Positions 43,451 through 44,017 of a DNA stretch of 44,017 nucleotides are shown here, one piece after another. Position 1 is the first letter of the stretch, and every line of letters begins with the position of its first letter. The translations under genes were made by a program, and so were the position numbers. The DNA is from a virus: UHGV virus genome UHGV-1381044. One strand, 5' to 3'. The notes beneath the pieces were generated by a model. The model did no database searches, was not told the DNA's origin, and worked only from the letters and a program-made list of their open reading frames with translations.

Positions 43451-44017
43451 TTATTCCTCGTCTTTGCTTTTATGCACAACCATTTCAAATTTTCCACCAT
43501 CTGGAATCATGATTTTTATAACCGGATAATTTTTAAAGTCTCGTGCAGTTGAGCTGTCACACATCTTGCCGACCTGTGAGCTGTCCCACATCTTGCCGAC
43601 CTGTGAGCTGTCACACATCTTGCCGACCTGTGAGCTGTCACACATCACGCCGACCTGTGAGCTGTCACACATCTTGCCGACCTGTGAGCTGTCCCACATC
43701 ACGCCGACCTGTGAGCTGTCCCACATCTCGCCGACCTGTGATCTGCCCCACATCTCGCCGACCTGTGAGCTGCCCCACATCTCGCCGACCTGTGAGCTGC
43801 CCCACATCTTGCCGACCTGTGAGCTGTCACACATCTTGCCGACCTGTGAGCTGTCCCACATCTTGCCGACCTGTGAGCTGTCACACATCTTGCCGACCTG
43901 TGAGCTGTCCCACATCACGCCGACCTGTGAGCTGTCCCACATCTCGCCGACCTGTGATCTGCCCCACATCTCGCCGACCTGTGAGCTGCCCCACATCTCG
44001 CCGACCTGTGAGCTGCC
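43451..44017 (-). CDS. 3' part of the repeat-protein gene. It carries at least 17 nine-residue units (MWDSSQVGK / MCDSSQVGK / MWGSSQVGE / MWGRSQVGE / MWDSSQVGV) followed by a 36-aa non-repeat tail. It is open at the window end.
   Basis: ORF track 43451..43996 with 7 further in-frame codons up to 44017. The frame matches position 1-6 exactly: ...G SSQVGE | MW gives a perfect MWGSSQVGE unit. Confidence 0.6.
   Translation of the reverse strand, partial: GSSQVGEMWGSSQVGEMWGRSQVGEMWDSSQVGVMWDSSQVGKMCDSSQVGKMWDSSQVGKMCDSSQVGKMWGSSQVGEMWGSSQVGEMWGRSQVGEMWDSSQVGVMWDSSQVGKMCDSSQVGVMCDSSQVGKMCDSSQVGKMWDSSQVGKMCDSSTARDFKNYPVIKIMIPDGGKFEMVVHKSKDEE
43556..44017. repeat. 27-bp coding tandem repeat array of about 17 units. 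The plus-strand unit is CTG(T/C)C(A/C)CACATC(TT/TC/AC)GCCGACCTGTGA(G/T). A higher-order periodicity of about 8-9 units is visible.
   Basis: Read directly from the sequence. Confidence 0.95.

Noticed and set aside
43699-43884. ORF-track entry MTAHRSARCG... on the minus strand.
   Set aside because: It is the alternative frame of the same repeat array, with no independent start signal, so it is an artefact of the periodicity.
43556-44017. The 27-bp direct repeats considered as a CRISPR array.
   Set aside because: The units are contiguous with no spacers, keep one reading frame with an RBS-supported start, and encode a coherent 9-aa peptide repeat. No cas genes are present.
43451-44017. The repeat array considered as template/variable repeats of a diversity-generating retroelement.
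   Set aside because: No reverse-transcriptase ORF lies anywhere in the window. The variation is spread over tandem copies rather than between a TR/VR pair, and it is not adenine-specific.

Overview
The window reads as one essentially complete temperate siphovirus-type phage genome of about 44 kb. The host is probably a Firmicutes/Clostridia-like bacterium; the clues are choline-binding-type cell-wall repeats, an ImmR/ImmA-type immunity pair, an XkdX-family gene and a PBSX-type terminase. Almost all genes are on the minus strand.

Layout in window coordinates:
- 469-6024: lysogeny/immunity block. It holds a small HTH protein, an AT-rich membrane moron, an excisionase-like HTH, a cro-like/cI-like switch with face-to-face promoters, an ImmA metalloprotease, a second AT-rich moron pair and a tyrosine integrase.
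- 5993-6285: attP-like region with a tRNA 3'-end fragment at 6052-6079, flanking 28-bp direct repeats and a 26-bp perfect palindrome.
- 6299-30877: long minus-strand late operon. It runs from a tail fibre with a C-terminal S74-type chaperone, tape measure, chaperones, major tail and head-tail joining proteins, through an inserted HNH homing endonuclease, major capsid and scaffold, to tRNA-Met(CAU), a five-gene low-complexity cargo island, a sigma-like late regulator, a minor head protein, an NlpC/P60 hydrolase, portal and a TerS-TerL fused terminase.
- 30878-34600: AT-rich mosaic region. It holds an HNH-AP2 endonuclease, a perfectly duplicated 256-bp cassette flanking an RHH regulator gene, a decayed M15 endolysin and XkdX. 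Each cassette copy carries a consensus promoter, an operator palindrome and a 49-aa highly acidic ORF.
- 34812-43389: a PAPS-reductase-like gene, a second tyrosine recombinase, and an early replication/recombination block with ERF, Gp157 and an Hjc-like resolvase.

Both window ends lie inside the same 27-bp coding tandem repeat and join in-frame, so the contig is most likely circular or circularly permuted, with one repeat-protein gene spanning the junction. CDS starts were refined from the ORF track where an RBS-supported internal start was evident. Nothing here was searched against a database; all calls rest on motif recognition and context.
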